This document shows positions 12,893 to 25,728 of a stretch of 53,213 nucleotides of DNA, in pieces. The notes beneath the pieces were generated by a model. That model had not been told where the DNA came from and did no database searches. It saw nothing but the letters and a program-made list of their open reading frames with translations. The stretch is from Octopus bimaculoides (taxonomy: Eukaryota). The position numbers and the translations under genes are program-made. The stretch spans positions 30,432,875-30,486,087 of the forward strand of contig NC_068986.1 of NCBI RefSeq assembly GCF_001194135.2, read 5' to 3'. Position 1 is the first letter of the stretch; the number at the start of each line of letters is the position of its first letter.

Positions 12893-12933
<41 letters not shown>

Positions 12934-13015
12934 GTATATGTATATGTCTATATATCCTCTGACTGTCAGTATCTGTGTAAAGGGTATTCTACAATAAAAT
13001 TGCTATAGACTTCCA

Positions 13016-13063
13016 TCATTTACTTCTACTTTCTGTTGAGTGGAGGAGTTGTTCTTCTAGTTC
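13016..13063 (-). CDS. Candidate terminal coding exon (ELEEQLLHSTESRSK*) of an unidentified gene
   Basis: Strong acceptor ttttgtttgctttgttttacag at 13064-13065; open in phase 0 to TGA at 13018-13016. Confidence 0.3.
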   Translation of the reverse strand, partial: ELEEQLLHSTESRSK

Positions 13064-13329
13064 CTGTAAAACAAAGCAAACAAAACTACACACTAAACAA
13101 AAAAATAATTGACAAACAAACCCTTGCTTTACAATACTCCATTCAGTTGTGCAAACATGGTCTTTAATTTTCCATTTGCAAACACAATAAACAACTGAAG
13201 CATTCTGGGATTGATACTTAAAAAAAAAAAAAAGGAAGACATATAAGAGCGTAGCTTAAAAAAAGGTAAGTTTATGGGGCTTTCTCAGTCAGTTTATCTG
13301 CTCTAACCAGAATTGACAAGATCTTGCAA

Positions 13330-13496
13330 ATACCATTATTATCATCGTCATCATCATCGTCATTACCATGAACTTCATCGTCATCATCATCATTATCGTT
13401 ATCGTCATTGCTGCCACCATTGTCATTATCATTCACTTTCGTTGTGATCAATGCTTTTGCTGTCATCATTGCAACTGTCAAAATCAACGTCTGAAC

Positions 13497-13541
<45 letters not shown>

Positions 13542-13555
13542 TATCAACATCAAAA
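13330..13555. repeat. (CAT)n/(CGT)n trinucleotide low-complexity tract
   Basis: Direct reading; source of the poly-M/D/H/S ORFs. Confidence 0.9.
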
Positions 13556-13705
13556 CTAATGGCACAAGCACCAGCAAAAAAACAGAAGCAGCTACCTCCA
13601 ATAATGACTTTTCAAAAGGAACTAGCTTTTAAGGAACTGTGCCAGGCAAATGCTTAGCGGCATTTTGTCCATATTTACATTCTGAGTTCAAATTCCACCA
13701 ATGTA

Positions 13706-14165
13706 GACAGTCTGGGCAGTCATGTGTGGACGTACATTGTCATGCAGCAACAAAGCATTCTTCAACAATAGGCTTCAGCATTTGGAACTAATTGCTAGCT
13801 TCAGTTTGTTGACCAGTAAAGCACTGTATCCTGCACTGTTGATCGTACACCCCTGTCCTGAAAAAGGGTTAGCATCACCTTTCCCGCAGAAGACTGAGTC
13901 TTAAATTTCTTCATTGTTGGTGAGCCAGGATGTTTCCACTCCATACTCTGTCTTTTGGATTCTGCCTCATAATGATGGACCCACATTTCATCACTTGTGT
14001 GTATTCTGCTCAAAAATTCCTCACTCTCATTGTTGTAGCAATCAAATAAATATTGGCAGACCTCAAGACGTTTGCGCTATGCTCTACAGTAAGCTCTCTT
14101 AGCACCCATCTTGCACAGACTTTATGGAAACCAAGCTAATCACGGAGAATTTGATAGGCAGAACC
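13706..14165 (-). mobile_element. Decayed mariner transposase fragment
   Basis: Minus-strand translation with stops and frameshifts: LGFHKVCARWV, RIHTSDEMWVHHYEAESKRQSMEWKHPGS, SAGKVMLT, LLHDNVRPH (DD34D family motifs). Confidence 0.9.
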
Positions 14166-14171
14166 ATGATT

Positions 14172-14256
14172 AAGGTTCCATGCAGTGGGACTGAACCCAG
14201 AACTGTGTGGTTGGTAAGCAAGCTTCTTACCACACAGCCACTCCTGTGCCTATATA
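14172..14256 (-). mobile_element. SINE family A head fragment
   Basis: catgcagtgggactgaaccc...accacacagccactcctg. Confidence 0.85.
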
Positions 14257-15194
14257 CACGTATATAGAATGATGTACTATTCTATGTGTGCATATGTGTC
14301 TCAAATACATTCTTTATATGTAGATATATATGTCTTTGTATGTATGCACACATGCGTGTGCACACACACACAACCACACACATACATAGATATATAGAGA
14401 GAACTGGAGAAAACAGATATGTTTGTGTGTGTCTATGCTTGTATTTATGTATTCATTTGTGTGCATTTATGTACATTTATACAGATGCATGTGTTTGTGT
14501 GTGCATCTATGAGTACGTGGTTTTTAGATTTACATATACATGCATGTGAGAATATCTTGCAGACATAATTGCACTTTATGGTAAGCATAATATATATTAA
14601 AATAGCAAAATAACAAAAGCATGTCTGAAGTTTCACCAGTGCAAATGACTGAAATTACAATAACCAAACAGATGTTTAACGATATTTCTTCATTGCGAAA
14701 AGAGGACTTAATAAAGATTAATGCCTCCCATATTTCACTGGTATTTAGATTGCGGAATATTATTTATTTCAGAAATAGATACCACCTTCAAATATCAACT
14801 GAGAATAATTACCACTTTTCAGTTATTATATTTCTATTACCAAACTCTGGAAGAATTGGTGATAGCATAAATCACTACTTCATAAATTGCTGTTTTTTCA
14901 GTCATCTTTTTTCTGAATTATGAAACATACATTGTGTTGTCATCAGTGTTGTTTTATCATTTCTATTTCAAGAACCATAAGGCTTCCTTCATTCTCTGCC
15001 ACCAATTTTAGCCTCTGTCTTGAATGCCTCCATCTTTGCTCTTCTTTTTTTGTGCATTGTGATTTGCTGCTATTCCTTCTGTCTATCTTCTCTACCCCAA
15101 TGACTCTTCCAGGGTCATTGGGGTAGAGTCCTGAGGTGCCTCTTCTGCAAAGTCCTCTTACAAGTAACCATCATTATACTTTACAGCTGGACTC

Positions 15195-15466
15195 CCAAGC
15201 ATGGCCAACTGAAACTGTATAGTATCCAGCCATCTCATTCTTGGTCTACCTTTAGGTCTCCTGCAGGTTAGTTTGGCTTGAAGAATCCCTCTTGTGATTC
15301 TTTTCTGCAATATTCTAATCACATGACCATAGTACAAGAACTGTGACCTTTCAATGTAGAGAAATAGAGGCTTGACCTGGAGAGACTCCCTGATCTCCAG
15401 GCTATGCAGCCTCTTGAGTAATGTTACTCCAAAGTTCCTTCAGAAGAAATTCATTTTGGTTGCTTG
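15195..15466 (-). mobile_element. Decayed RTE-clade LINE ORF2 C-terminal fragment (Expander/Rex3-like, distinct from family C)
   Basis: Translates as IQATKMNFF*RNFGVTLLKRLHSLEIRESLQVKPLFLYIERSQFLYYGHVIRILQKRITRGILQAKLTCRRPKGRPRMRWLD. Confidence 0.75.
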
Positions 15467-15468
15467 TA

Positions 15469-16245
15469 TTGGGTCATCCCATAAATAATGCAGTTTTTTT
15501 AATACTTCTTTTATTTTTCAAAATTAAGATGAACTAAGTTCTTTTTCAATCTAAAATATACTCTCCTTCATTTTCTACAATGTTCTTCCATCTATCTGGT
15601 AGACCTGCAAGGCCCCTCTTCCAAAATTCACTTGTCTGTGACGAAAAATGCTCTTTCAGTACTGTTCTGTCCTCATCTACAGAATTCATATTTTTTCTGT
15701 CCAAATGATTTTGAAGACTGCTAAATAAATGATAATCAGTTGAGGCAATGTCCAGTGAATTTGGTGGATGGAGCATGGTTTCTCATTCAAACTGCTCCAG
15801 CCTTTGGAATGTTATCTGTATGTAGCTGAGCATTATCCTGATGGGAGAACACCTTTCATCTTGAAACCAAAGATGGCTGTTTTTCTTCTAGTGTTGACTT
15901 AAGCCACTCAAGCTGCTCGCAGTAGATCTCCTTTGTTATTGTTTGGTTTGAGTTCAAAGCTCAAAGTGGACTAAACCTTTCATATCCCACTAAACAACAC
16001 CTTATGTGGATGAAGAGCTTCTTTAGCCTGGGGTGCCATTGTTTCTCCTTTCCCTACCCATTGCTTTGGTACTTGGCATTTTTATAGAGAACCCATTTCT
16101 CGTCACTAGTCACTATTAAGTCAAAAAATGAGTCATTCGAGAGACAAGACAGCAAAGAAGAGCACACATTCACTCTTTGCATGCGATTAGACTCAGAAAG
16201 TTTGTGAGGAACCCATTGACCTAATTTTGAGTTGGTTTTGTTGGA
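15469..16245 (-). mobile_element. Mariner element, 3' half with one TIR
   Basis: TA at 15467-15468 then TIR ttgggtcatcccataaataatgc; GQWVPHKL, IVTSDEKWVLY and HPPNSLDIASTDYHLFSSLQNHL...RWKNIVENEGEYILD motifs in broken frames. Confidence 0.92.
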
Positions 16246-17461
16246 AAAAGTGTTCCAATAACTGATTATCCTTCCAATCACTCAGCTGTGACATAAAACT
16301 GGAAACATGATTTTTTTCTAACCTGCTAATTGGTTATTTGGGGCCTGTTTTGGTTACTTGCCAATTTGTTGAGAATGATTTCTATTTTAAAAGAAAATTT
16401 GTCAATCAAACACATTCAAGCAAGCAATGCAATGTATCTTATCCAGGAGCACAACAAAATGTATGAATTAATAAAATTTGAATATCCAGACTGATGGCCA
16501 ATGCTTTCAATGCTATTATGTGAAAGAAAATCTATATCAAAATCTATATCAAAATACTATATCAAAACAATTAATGAAACTTTCCATTTATTTATTGTAA
16601 CAATTTGGAGTGATTATAAAGACTCCAGATATGAAACAGTGATAATCATACCACAATCCTATAGAATGATAAATCTTCTTCATATTGAAGAGATTTTAAT
16701 CTCACACTTTTTTGAGCAGAATGACATTGTTCTCTTGTCAACTGTTGTTCTTTCAGTTCTTAGATACTAAACATTATTCAAGGAGAATTTGTTTCAGAAA
16801 TACAAAAAAGTTGACCACAATCAGAAGAAATATTTTGAAGACAGTTAGCTAATCATTACAAAACATTCTGAAGAAGATGGCAAGCTTTTGACAACTAATT
16901 TCTAACGACAGTCTTATTCATTTACAAATTAGCAACTTGCTACTATAAGAACCCTTTTTATATCATGTTTCAATTAGCTTTGAAAATAATCAAGAATTTC
17001 GAGAAATTTTATAAAATAATCCACTTTTTAACTATTTTTAATTAAGATTTTGTTTGGAACATAACAAAAGATTCATATATAAAGTCATAATACCAGGTTT
17101 TAAGCTACTTAAAGAGACTAGTTTTGTTTCAGAGAACCAAGAACTATCTTTGATAGATTGGCGTCAAAAGAGTTACATAAATAAACAAAAATAAAGACAA
17201 GATTAGTAAAAATCATATGGACATGAAGCTTTATATTATGTGGTTTACTTCTAAGAACATTTCTGTTATTCTCAAAGCTATTGATAAACTTCTCTAAGTG
17301 TTATCTTAGAATAAACTAATAGCAGCTCCATTATTCCTTATGCCATTTATTTCTCAGACTATTTTAGAAGATTATAAATGCTATGTTTGCATATTTTACT
17401 ACTACATCTTGAATACAATGATTGATTGCCATGTAGCTAAATTCCATACATGTTCTCTTAC

Positions 17462-17488
17462 GTAAGATAATTTCTGAGTCAAGACATT
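17462..17488 (-). other. Candidate 27-nt symmetric micro-exon
   Basis: ttttttgcatttctagctatatttgcag|AATGTCTTGACTCAGAAATTATCTTAC|gtaaga; splice signals only. Confidence 0.2.
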
Positions 17489-17896
17489 CTGCAAATATAG
17501 CTAGAAATGCAAAAAAGAACACAGATGGTTGAATAAAGAAGATATCGGACAAACAGCCAAGATGTCAGCACCTCATATCTTATTACCATCACTGCAATGT
17601 CTAAGACTAAAACATATGACTATTAATGATGGAATCCACCTAGTTCTAAGTCAACATCACAGAGCAGCATAATTCACCATTTTAAGCAGAGGCAGAGTTT
17701 TGTGATTGATGAGTGTTTCATTAGTTCATACAGATGCATTCAAGTGCCCTTATGGACTTGAAGAATGAAATGAGAAACCACTTTTCTGTATTTTTATCTT
17801 GAATCACCAAATGGAAACAAACACTTCAGAGATACAATAGTATAACAGAAGTAGAAAAATATTTTGGGGAACTGTACATGGGCCCAAGTGTGTCTG

Positions 17897-17970
17897 TGTG
17901 GCACCTTGGGCAAGTGTCTTCTACTATAGCCTCGGGCCAACCAAAGCCTTGTGAGTGGATTTGGTAGACG

Positions 17971-18001
<31 letters not shown>

Positions 18002-18216
18002 ATATGTTTGTATGCCTGTGTTTGTCTTCCCAACATCGCTTGACAACCGATGCTGGTGTGTTTACATCCCTGTAACTTAGTGGTTCTGCAAAAGAGACCG
18101 ATAGAATAAGTACTAGGCTAACAAAGAATAAGTCCTGGGGTCGATTTGTTCAACTAAAGGCGGTGCTCCAGCATGGCCACAGTCAAATGACTGAAACAAG
18201 TAAAAGAGTAAAAGAG
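17897..18216 (+). mobile_element. SINE family A, 5'-truncated, young
   Basis: ggcaccttgggcaagtgtc...gactgaaacaagtaaaagagtaaaagag. Confidence 0.9.
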
Positions 18217-18609
18217 TATGGCTTTGCTCTTTCATATTTTTACTGTCGGAATAATTAAACAGGCTACATTCTAAGATTTCTGGCTAGACATACTACTTAT
18301 TAAAGTACAATCCTTTTGACTAGACCTGTGCCTTAAATATCAACTCCCCTCTACACATTACACAAAATTTTACTTTATAGCTCAAAACAGGTTGGCTTCA
18401 AAGTAGTTATTCAACCTGTTAGAAATAGCAGCCAAATTTTCTTCTAACCAGATCCATCATCTTAAACAGAGCAAGACATGCTGGATAATAATGCTGGATA
18501 TATCAACGTCGTTATCACTTAACACCTGCTGTTGATCATGAGTCAGTTTGTTCAAGGCTAACAAAGAGCTAAACGATGACAACAACAACAGCAACAACAA
18601 CTTGTCTTA

Positions 18610-19032
18610 TTTACTCTTTTACTCTTTTACTGATTTCAGTGATTTGACTGCGGCCATGCTGGAGCACCGCCTTTAGTCGAGCAAATCAACCCCAGGACTT
18701 ATTCTTTGGAAGCCTAGTACTTATTCTATCGGTCTCTTTTTGCCGAACCGCTAAGTTACGGGGACGTAAGCACACCAGCATCGGTTGCCAAGCGATGTTG
18801 TGGGGACAAACACAGACACGCAAACATACACACACAGGCATATATATATATATATATGCATATACATATATACGACAGGCTTCTTTCAGTTTCCGTCTAC
18901 CAAATCCACTCACAAGGCTTTGGTCGGCCCGAGGCTATAGTAGAAGACACTTGCCCAAGGTGCCATGCAGTGGGACTGAACCCTGAACCATGTGGTTGGT
19001 AAACGAGCTACTTACCACACAGCCACTCCTGC
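18610..19032 (-). mobile_element. SINE family A, full length, young
   Basis: Complete from the (ctcttttt) tail to the tRNA-like head accacacagccactcctgc; CpGs largely intact. Confidence 0.93.
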
Positions 19033-19077
19033 AAATTTTATTAAATGGCAAATTTTATTAAATGACAACTGTAAAGT

Positions 19078-19228
19078 AGTTGGTGTTAGGAAGGGCATCC
19101 AGCTATAGAAACTAAACCAACACAGACTATGGAATTTGGTGTGGTCCCTGGCCTTGCCAGTTCTTGTCTAGCCATCCAACCCATGCCAGCATGGGAAACG
19201 GACATTAGATGTTGATGATGATGATGTT
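19078..19228 (+). mobile_element. RTE 3' tail fragment (family C)
   Basis: ttaggaagggcatccagc...ccaacccatgccagcatgg...gatgatgatg. Confidence 0.8.
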
Positions 19229-19511
19229 GGGAGAGGTAATGAAAAAGAAACAATGATTTTCATGCAAATTACTTTGTGACATTCCTTTTATTAAGGAGGG
19301 GTCATCTAACAGCTGGGTTTTCATTCCCAAGAAAGAAATAACTCTGCATTTAACAATGGCCTGTGAATATGGAAATGAGAAAATTTTCTTTTACTTTTGT
19401 TTCATAATAAATAAATAACTTTCTTTATGGAGCAGTTAATGAAGAGAAAGTAACAAGCACAAAAGATATAAAAAAAGAAAAAAAAACATAGTCAAGCATT
19501 ATAGGTGTGCA

Positions 19512-19717
19512 TGCATGTCTGTGTGATTAAGAGGCTTGCTATGCAACCACATGGTTTCAAGTTCAGTCCCAGTGCGTGGCACCTTAGGCAAATTCTTCCA
19601 CTATAACCCTAAGCTGAGCAATGCTTAATGGGTGAATTGGTAGATAGAAACTATGTGGAAGCCTCTTGTATATATATGTGTGTGTGGGTGTGTATCTGTG
19701 TTTCCCCCCCCCCCACT

Positions 19718-19754
<37 letters not shown>

Positions 19755-19935
19755 TATCACTTGACAACTAGTGTTAGTTTGTTTACACCCCATAACTTAG
19801 TGGTTTGACAAAAATGACCAATAAAATAAGTATTAGACTTAAAAACGTAAGTACTGGGGTCAATTTGTTCAGCTAAACCCTTGAAGGTGGTGCTCCAGCA
19901 TGGCTGCAGTTGAATAACTGAAACAAGTAAAAGGT
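19512..19935 (+). mobile_element. SINE family A, full length, diverged
   Basis: Head gttcagtcccagtgcgtggcacc, internal (AC)n, tail aaacaagtaaaag. Confidence 0.85.
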
Positions 19936-20824
19936 AAACGAGAATACAAATATACGGTGGTGGCGGCCATGGCAGTAGTGATGATGATTATGGTGGTGGT
20001 NNNNNNNNNNNNNNNNNNNNNNNNNNNNNNNNNNNNNNNNNNNNNNNNNNNNNNNNNNNNNNNNNNNNNNNNNNNNNNNNNNNNNNNNNNNNNNNNNNNN
20101 NNNNNNNNNNNNNNNNGGTGGTGGTGGTTGTTAGGGTTAGGGTTAGGTAATAATGATGATTATAATGATCATGATGATGATTATGGTGGTGGTGGTGGTG
20201 GTGGTGATGTTTATAGTGAATTTCTGTATATTCTTTTTTCTCTGTAGCGAAAAAAAAAAAATTAATGACTTAGTATTTTTATTTTACTAATCAAGAATTA
20301 ACCACAGCAGCCTCCAAAGAGTCATTGACTGGACACACTAATAAATGACCACAAAAAGCAGAGCAACACATCCATTAACTCATTTTTTTTTTTTCCAATA
20401 ACTTTCTGTATATGATCTTGATGTAGAATCTAAAACTGTTAACATGATCCCATTTAGCAATAACAAACAACTCATAATCAAAAGATGGCAGTGCTCCAGT
20501 GTTCCAAAATAACCAAAAACAGCTGAAGGAACAAAAGACACGTGATTTTGTATAATGGTTATCCACTCACTTTTGTACAAACACAATCATATACTATTGT
20601 TATCAAATCATAATGTTATCATAGTTTGATGTAATCAAATATTGATGATACCAAATCTTCGTATCCAGTCTTTCTTCCACCTCATTGAAATATGACTGTT
20701 ATTTCCTATCTCAATCTAGCAGCTACAGACTCATTGATTTTGGAAGTTGAATGATGAAAATAAATCCAAATTTATATTATTATTATCACTATTAAATATG
20801 CTTAAAATAATCTTTGAAAATAAG

Positions 20825-21045
20825 GCAGCAAGCTTGTAGAATCATTTGCACACCAAGCAAAATGCTTAGTGGCATTTCATCTATCTTTGTGTTCTGAGTT
20901 CAAATGCTGCCAGGGTTGACTTTGTCTTCCATTCTTTTGGGATCATAAAATAAATACCAGTAGAATATTGGGGGTCAATGTAAATGACTTGCTCCTTCCC
21001 CACTCCCTGAAATTGTTGGTTTTGTGCCATAATTTGAAACCAGTA
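20825..21045 (+). mobile_element. SINE family B
   Basis: aaaatgcttagtggcatttc...ttctgagttcaaatgctgcc...aaataccagtag...ttttgtgcc. Confidence 0.8.
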
Positions 21046-21068
21046 TGGTTTCTTTGGAAAGGCAGTGA

Positions 21069-21124
<56 letters not shown>

Positions 21125-21171
21125 CTTTCTATCTGTCTATCTATCTATCTATCTATATATATATATATATA

Positions 21172-21537
21172 TGAGTTCCTTTCAAGTGTTGGGCCTCATG
21201 GAGGCAATAACCAAGACTTTTGACATTATATCGTGCTTGAGAAGAAGACCCGAGCAAAATCACAGTTGTGGCAGATATCGGTGTCATGCAAATTGGCACC
21301 CATGCTGGTGGCATGTAAATTCACCCTGGTGTCACACAAATGGCACCCGTGCTGGTGGCACATAAAAGCACCCATTACACTCTCGGAGTGGGTTGGCACT
21401 AGGAAGGGCATCCAGCCATAGAAAACCATGCCAAATCAGACTGTAGTCTGGTGCAGCCTTTCAGCACGCCAGCCCAGTCAAACCGTCCAGCCTATGGACA
21501 ACAGACGGTAAATAATGATGATGATGATGATGATGAC
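21172..21537 (+). mobile_element. 5'-truncated RTE LINE (last ORF2 codons plus 3' UTR plus (GAT)n tail)
   Basis: Starts with FQVLGLMEAITK, homologous to the DLRTLGL end at 25930, and continues into the family C sequence. Confidence 0.8.
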
Positions 21538-21540
21538 ATA

Positions 21541-21815
21541 TATCATCATCATCATCATCATCATCATCGTTTAACGTCCGCTTTCCATGCTAGCATGGGT
21601 TGGACGATTTGACTGAGGACTGGTGAAACCGGATGGCAACACCAGGCTCCAGTCTGATTTGGCAGAGTTTCTACAGCTGGATGCCCTTCCTAACGCCAAC
21701 CACTCAGAGAGTGTAGTGGGTGCTTTTACGTGTCACCCGCACGAAAACGGCCACGCTCGAAATGGTGTCTTTTATGTGCCACCCGCACAAGCCAGTCCAG
21801 GGGCACTGGCAACGA
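21541..21815 (-). mobile_element. RTE 3' UTR copy (family C), young
   Basis: Near-identical in reverse to 25964-26215; tail-to-tail with the previous element. Confidence 0.9.
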
Positions 21816-22011
21816 TATATATTTTATTTATATCTATTTATTTGTTATATTTAGATCTTTAATGTTTTCATATATTGTACTTTTAATGTGCTCGTTCATT
21901 ATATGTGTGTTGTGTGTGTAGCGGGGTACATCTCACATATCATGTATGTCCTTTTATGACATATTTTGCGTTCTCTGAATAAGTCCTTATGGCAAATGAA
22001 GAGAAAGAATA

Positions 22012-22085
<74 letters not shown>

Positions 22086-22086
22086 C

Positions 22087-22118
<32 letters not shown>

Positions 22119-22160
22119 CATCACCGTTATTAGTATTATTATTATTATTATTATTATTAA
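22012..22160. repeat. (ATT)n/(ATC)n trinucleotide tract
   Basis: Direct reading. Confidence 0.95.
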
Positions 22161-22535
22161 GAAAGAATCTATAATTTTCGTATGACATGAGCCATAGAAA
22201 CAGCCAAATAGATTCAGTCTGTTTCAACCAAGTTGTTGATATGCAGTCGATTGCTTCAATTTCATTACTGTTGTGAATAAGATAAATCAAAGAAAAATTG
22301 TCAGGCTGGAATGAAATCACATCCTATGTGAAGCAAAAGTCTATAATATAAATTGTATTAATCTCCAATACTTGCTGCTCAGCTGACCCCCCAAATTCAA
22401 TATAATCATGAAGCAGGAAGAGAATATTTTTCAAAAAATACAAAGTAACAAAAACTAACAAGAGGAAATGCCTCAAGAACAATGTCTACAGACTTCTTGT
22501 TATAAAACTAAATAATTTAACCTGACAGATCGATT

Positions 22536-22781
22536 TTGCATTCAGATACCTATATGTATATATGTGTATACACACATACATACGCACATACACATGCGTA
22601 TGTGTGTGCATTTATATATGTATATGTTTGTATGTGTTTGTGTATGTATGTATTTATGCATCTATCTATATCAATATCTATTCTATCTGTCTATGTATCT
22701 ATCCATTTATATATATATATATATATATATATTTACATGAATATACAGAAATACATACACACACATATAGATACATATATA

Positions 22782-22833
<52 letters not shown>

Positions 22834-23278
22834 NNNNNNNNNNNNNNNNNNNNNNNNNNNNNNNNNNNNNNNNNNNNNNNNNNNNNNNNNNNNNNNNNNN
22901 NNNNNNNNNNNNNNNNNNNNNNNNNNNNNNNNNNNNNNNNNNNNNNNNNNNNNNNNNNNNNNNNNNNNNNNNNNNNNNNNNNNNNNNNNNNNNNNNNNNN
23001 NNNNNNNNNNNNNNNNNNNNNNNNNNNNNNNNNNNNNNNNNNNNNNNNNNNNNNNNNNNNNNNNNNNNNNNNNNNNNNNNNNNNNNNNNNNNNNNNNNNN
23101 NNNNNNNNNNNNNNNNNNNNNNNNNNNNNNNNNNNNNNNNNNNNNNNNNNNNNNNNNNNNNNNNNNNNNNNNNNNNNNNNNNNNNNNNNNNNNNNNNNNN
23201 NNNNNNNNNNNNNNNNNNNNNNNNNNNNNNNNNNNNNNNNNNNNNNNNNNNNNNNNNNNNNNNNNTATATATATATAT

Positions 23279-23309
<31 letters not shown>

Positions 23310-23412
23310 CATACATACACATATATTTATATATACATATATATATGCATATATATATACACATATATATATATACATACATACATACATGTATGTATGT
23401 ATGTATGTATGT
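22536..23412. repeat. Compound (TA)/(CA)/(TATG) microsatellite block around a gap
   Basis: Direct reading; N run 22834-23266. Confidence 0.9.
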
Positions 23413-23789
23413 ATTACTACTTTCCTTTCTGCCAGGAGTAATATTACATGGTAAACTGACTGCCAAAAATATTTAGTTTTAGGCGGCACAGCGTCGTCCC
23501 TCGATAAATATTTTTCTATTTGATTAAAATTTTATCTTTCAGTTCTCAAAAATAATAAAATTATGAATGAAAAATTCTTAACTCTTTGAACACTGCAAGC
23601 AGCAATTTCCAAATAGATTTTGTATATATTTAGTCTAAATAAAAAAGAAAATGGATGAAGTTCTTAAACTTTTGTCTGAGGATCAAAAATGTCTTCCTGA
23701 GAGTTAGTTTTAGGAAGGATCACTGGTACGTACCACCACCATCACTGGCACCACTGCCAGCATCATTGTCACCAAGTTCACTTTTCTTT

Positions 23790-24290
23790 TCTATGTCCAA
23801 ATGGTTTGCGCGGATCAAATTCAATGCAGAATCTCTCCACTTGTCACAGACTTTCATCTTCACCTTTGTGAAGGCCAGAATCTTGAGTTCAAACCTCACT
23901 CCTTTTTTTTGGTCTTCTACTTCTGCAAGCTCCGTCCATTTCAGCAGGTTCTTCCTACTTCCATAGGCTAACCTTTGTTTCATCCAGCTATCATACTTCA
24001 CATGTATCACATTTCTGTACAAGTACACTCTTCCAACGGCAGATATCTCTGTAATGCCCAGTTTTTCACTCAGGACATTTGGGCCCAGTTATTTATGCAT
24101 GCTATAATCACACATTCTGCAAAGCATGCTTGCTGCTCCTTCCTCTACATTTAGCACCCATGTCTCACAACCATGTTATATCACATCATATACTGTCACA
24201 TACAGTTTGCTCTTCATGCAAAGAGAATAGCTCTTTGTTACCAATAGAAGCCATAGTTTCCTGGACATTTTATCCCCACCCCATCCTTAT
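23790..24290 (-). mobile_element. Old, decayed RTE LINE ORF2 C-terminus
   Basis: LLLVTKSYSLCMKSKLY...HGCETW...VLSEKLGI...HVKYDSWMKQ...ELKILAF...DKWRDS aligns by eye to the intact RTE C-terminus at 25729-25953. Confidence 0.7.
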
Positions 24291-24577
24291 TCTGGGTACT
24301 ATGCTTTTGTAACACCTACCTCTACTGCTGATCTGATCACTCAAGTAACAGAAGCTTTCAGTTTTCTTTAATAAGTCTTCCAGACAGTTGAAAGACTTTT
24401 TTTTTTTCAGTGCTCTTACTGTTAACTACTCCTGTGCTTGTATTACTTATGAAATTACGCTTGACTGTCGGCCTATGTGAGACTATTATTGCATCTTTTA
24501 TGCAGTAACATCTCAGTAATAATATCTTGGTAATATTGTTTGTATTTGGGTACACAAATATAATATGAAAATGTTTA

Positions 24578-24729
24578 GCAGGTATGGCTGTGTGGTTGAG
24601 AAGCTTGCTTTTCAAATATATCTTCTTGCTCCCAGTCTCACTGTGGCACCTTAGGCAAGTGTCTTCTACAATAGCTCCAGGTTGACCAAAACCTTGAGAG
24701 TGGTTTCATACTCTGTAACTGAAAGAAGC

Positions 24730-24778
<49 letters not shown>

Positions 24779-25003
24779 GTGTGTCTGTATGTTTGTTTTA
24801 TGTTTGACTCCACTGCTGTTTGACAAGTACTGTTGGTTCGTTAACATCCCTGTAACTTACTGATTTGGCAAAAGACTCCAACAGCATAAGTACTAGGCTT
24901 TAAAAAATAGCTGCTGAAGGCAACTTATTCAACTAAATCCTTCAAGCCAGTGCCCCAGCATGGCTGCAGTTCAGTGACTGAAACAAGTAAAAGATAAAAG
25001 ATA
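24578..25003 (+). mobile_element. SINE family A, full length, diverged
   Basis: Head ggtatggctgtgtgg, internal (TG)n, tail gactgaaacaagtaaaagataaaag. Confidence 0.85.
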
Positions 25004-25021
25004 AGTGATAGTTTAAAAACT

Positions 25022-25080
<59 letters not shown>
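25022..25080. repeat. (GATA)n microsatellite
   Basis: Direct reading. Confidence 0.95.
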
Positions 25081-25728
25081 TGCATATATCATCATCATCA
25101 TCATATATGTGTATATATAACAATATATATATAAAACAACCTCTTTAAAGAGAATTAAGTCTGAAAGTTAAACAAACACTTTCTTAATACAAAGATATGC
25201 GTGCATTCTTCATTCTTATATACAAAAAGGCTTCCATCAATGCAATTCATGAGAATGAAACTAGAACACGTGTGAACAGAAGCCTGTATATTTATACGTC
25301 TTCTTAGATAGAAGAATATACACACATTGCAACCTTTTAAATGAGCTGCATGCATGTACACAAGTAAACATACACAGATTAGCTGAAGGCAAAGAAAAGT
25401 TTGTAAATTGAGGACATTTACGTTCATTTTTCTCTTAGTTTACAGTATGGTCTCTTTTAATTTTATCTTGCTTTTGGTAATCTTCCCTTCAGTGAAACTT
25501 GGTCAAGCAGCAGCTGTTTAGAAATGAATTCATTCTGTTATTGTCTCTTTATCAGCAGATGGCTGTTAGTCACACCCAAGCAGGTGTGTTTCATTCTTCC
25601 TCTGGGATATTTACTTTGGCTTTTTGAGGATGGTGGGGGAGTTCTTTTGGAAAAAAAAAAGTGGAGAATGGGGAAAGTTGATATATGCTATATGTACCGA
25701 AATTCAATACATTAATATATATATATAT

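Noticed and set aside
20131-20147. TTAGGG x about 2.8 (telomere-type repeat)
   Set aside because: Too short, and embedded in a (GGT)n/(GAT)n low-complexity tract next to a gap.
23720-24028. 102-aa minus ORF that first looked like a TIR/SEFIR-type host domain
   Set aside because: It aligns with the RTE ORF2 C-terminus and its upstream part carries stops and frameshifts; it is a decayed LINE.
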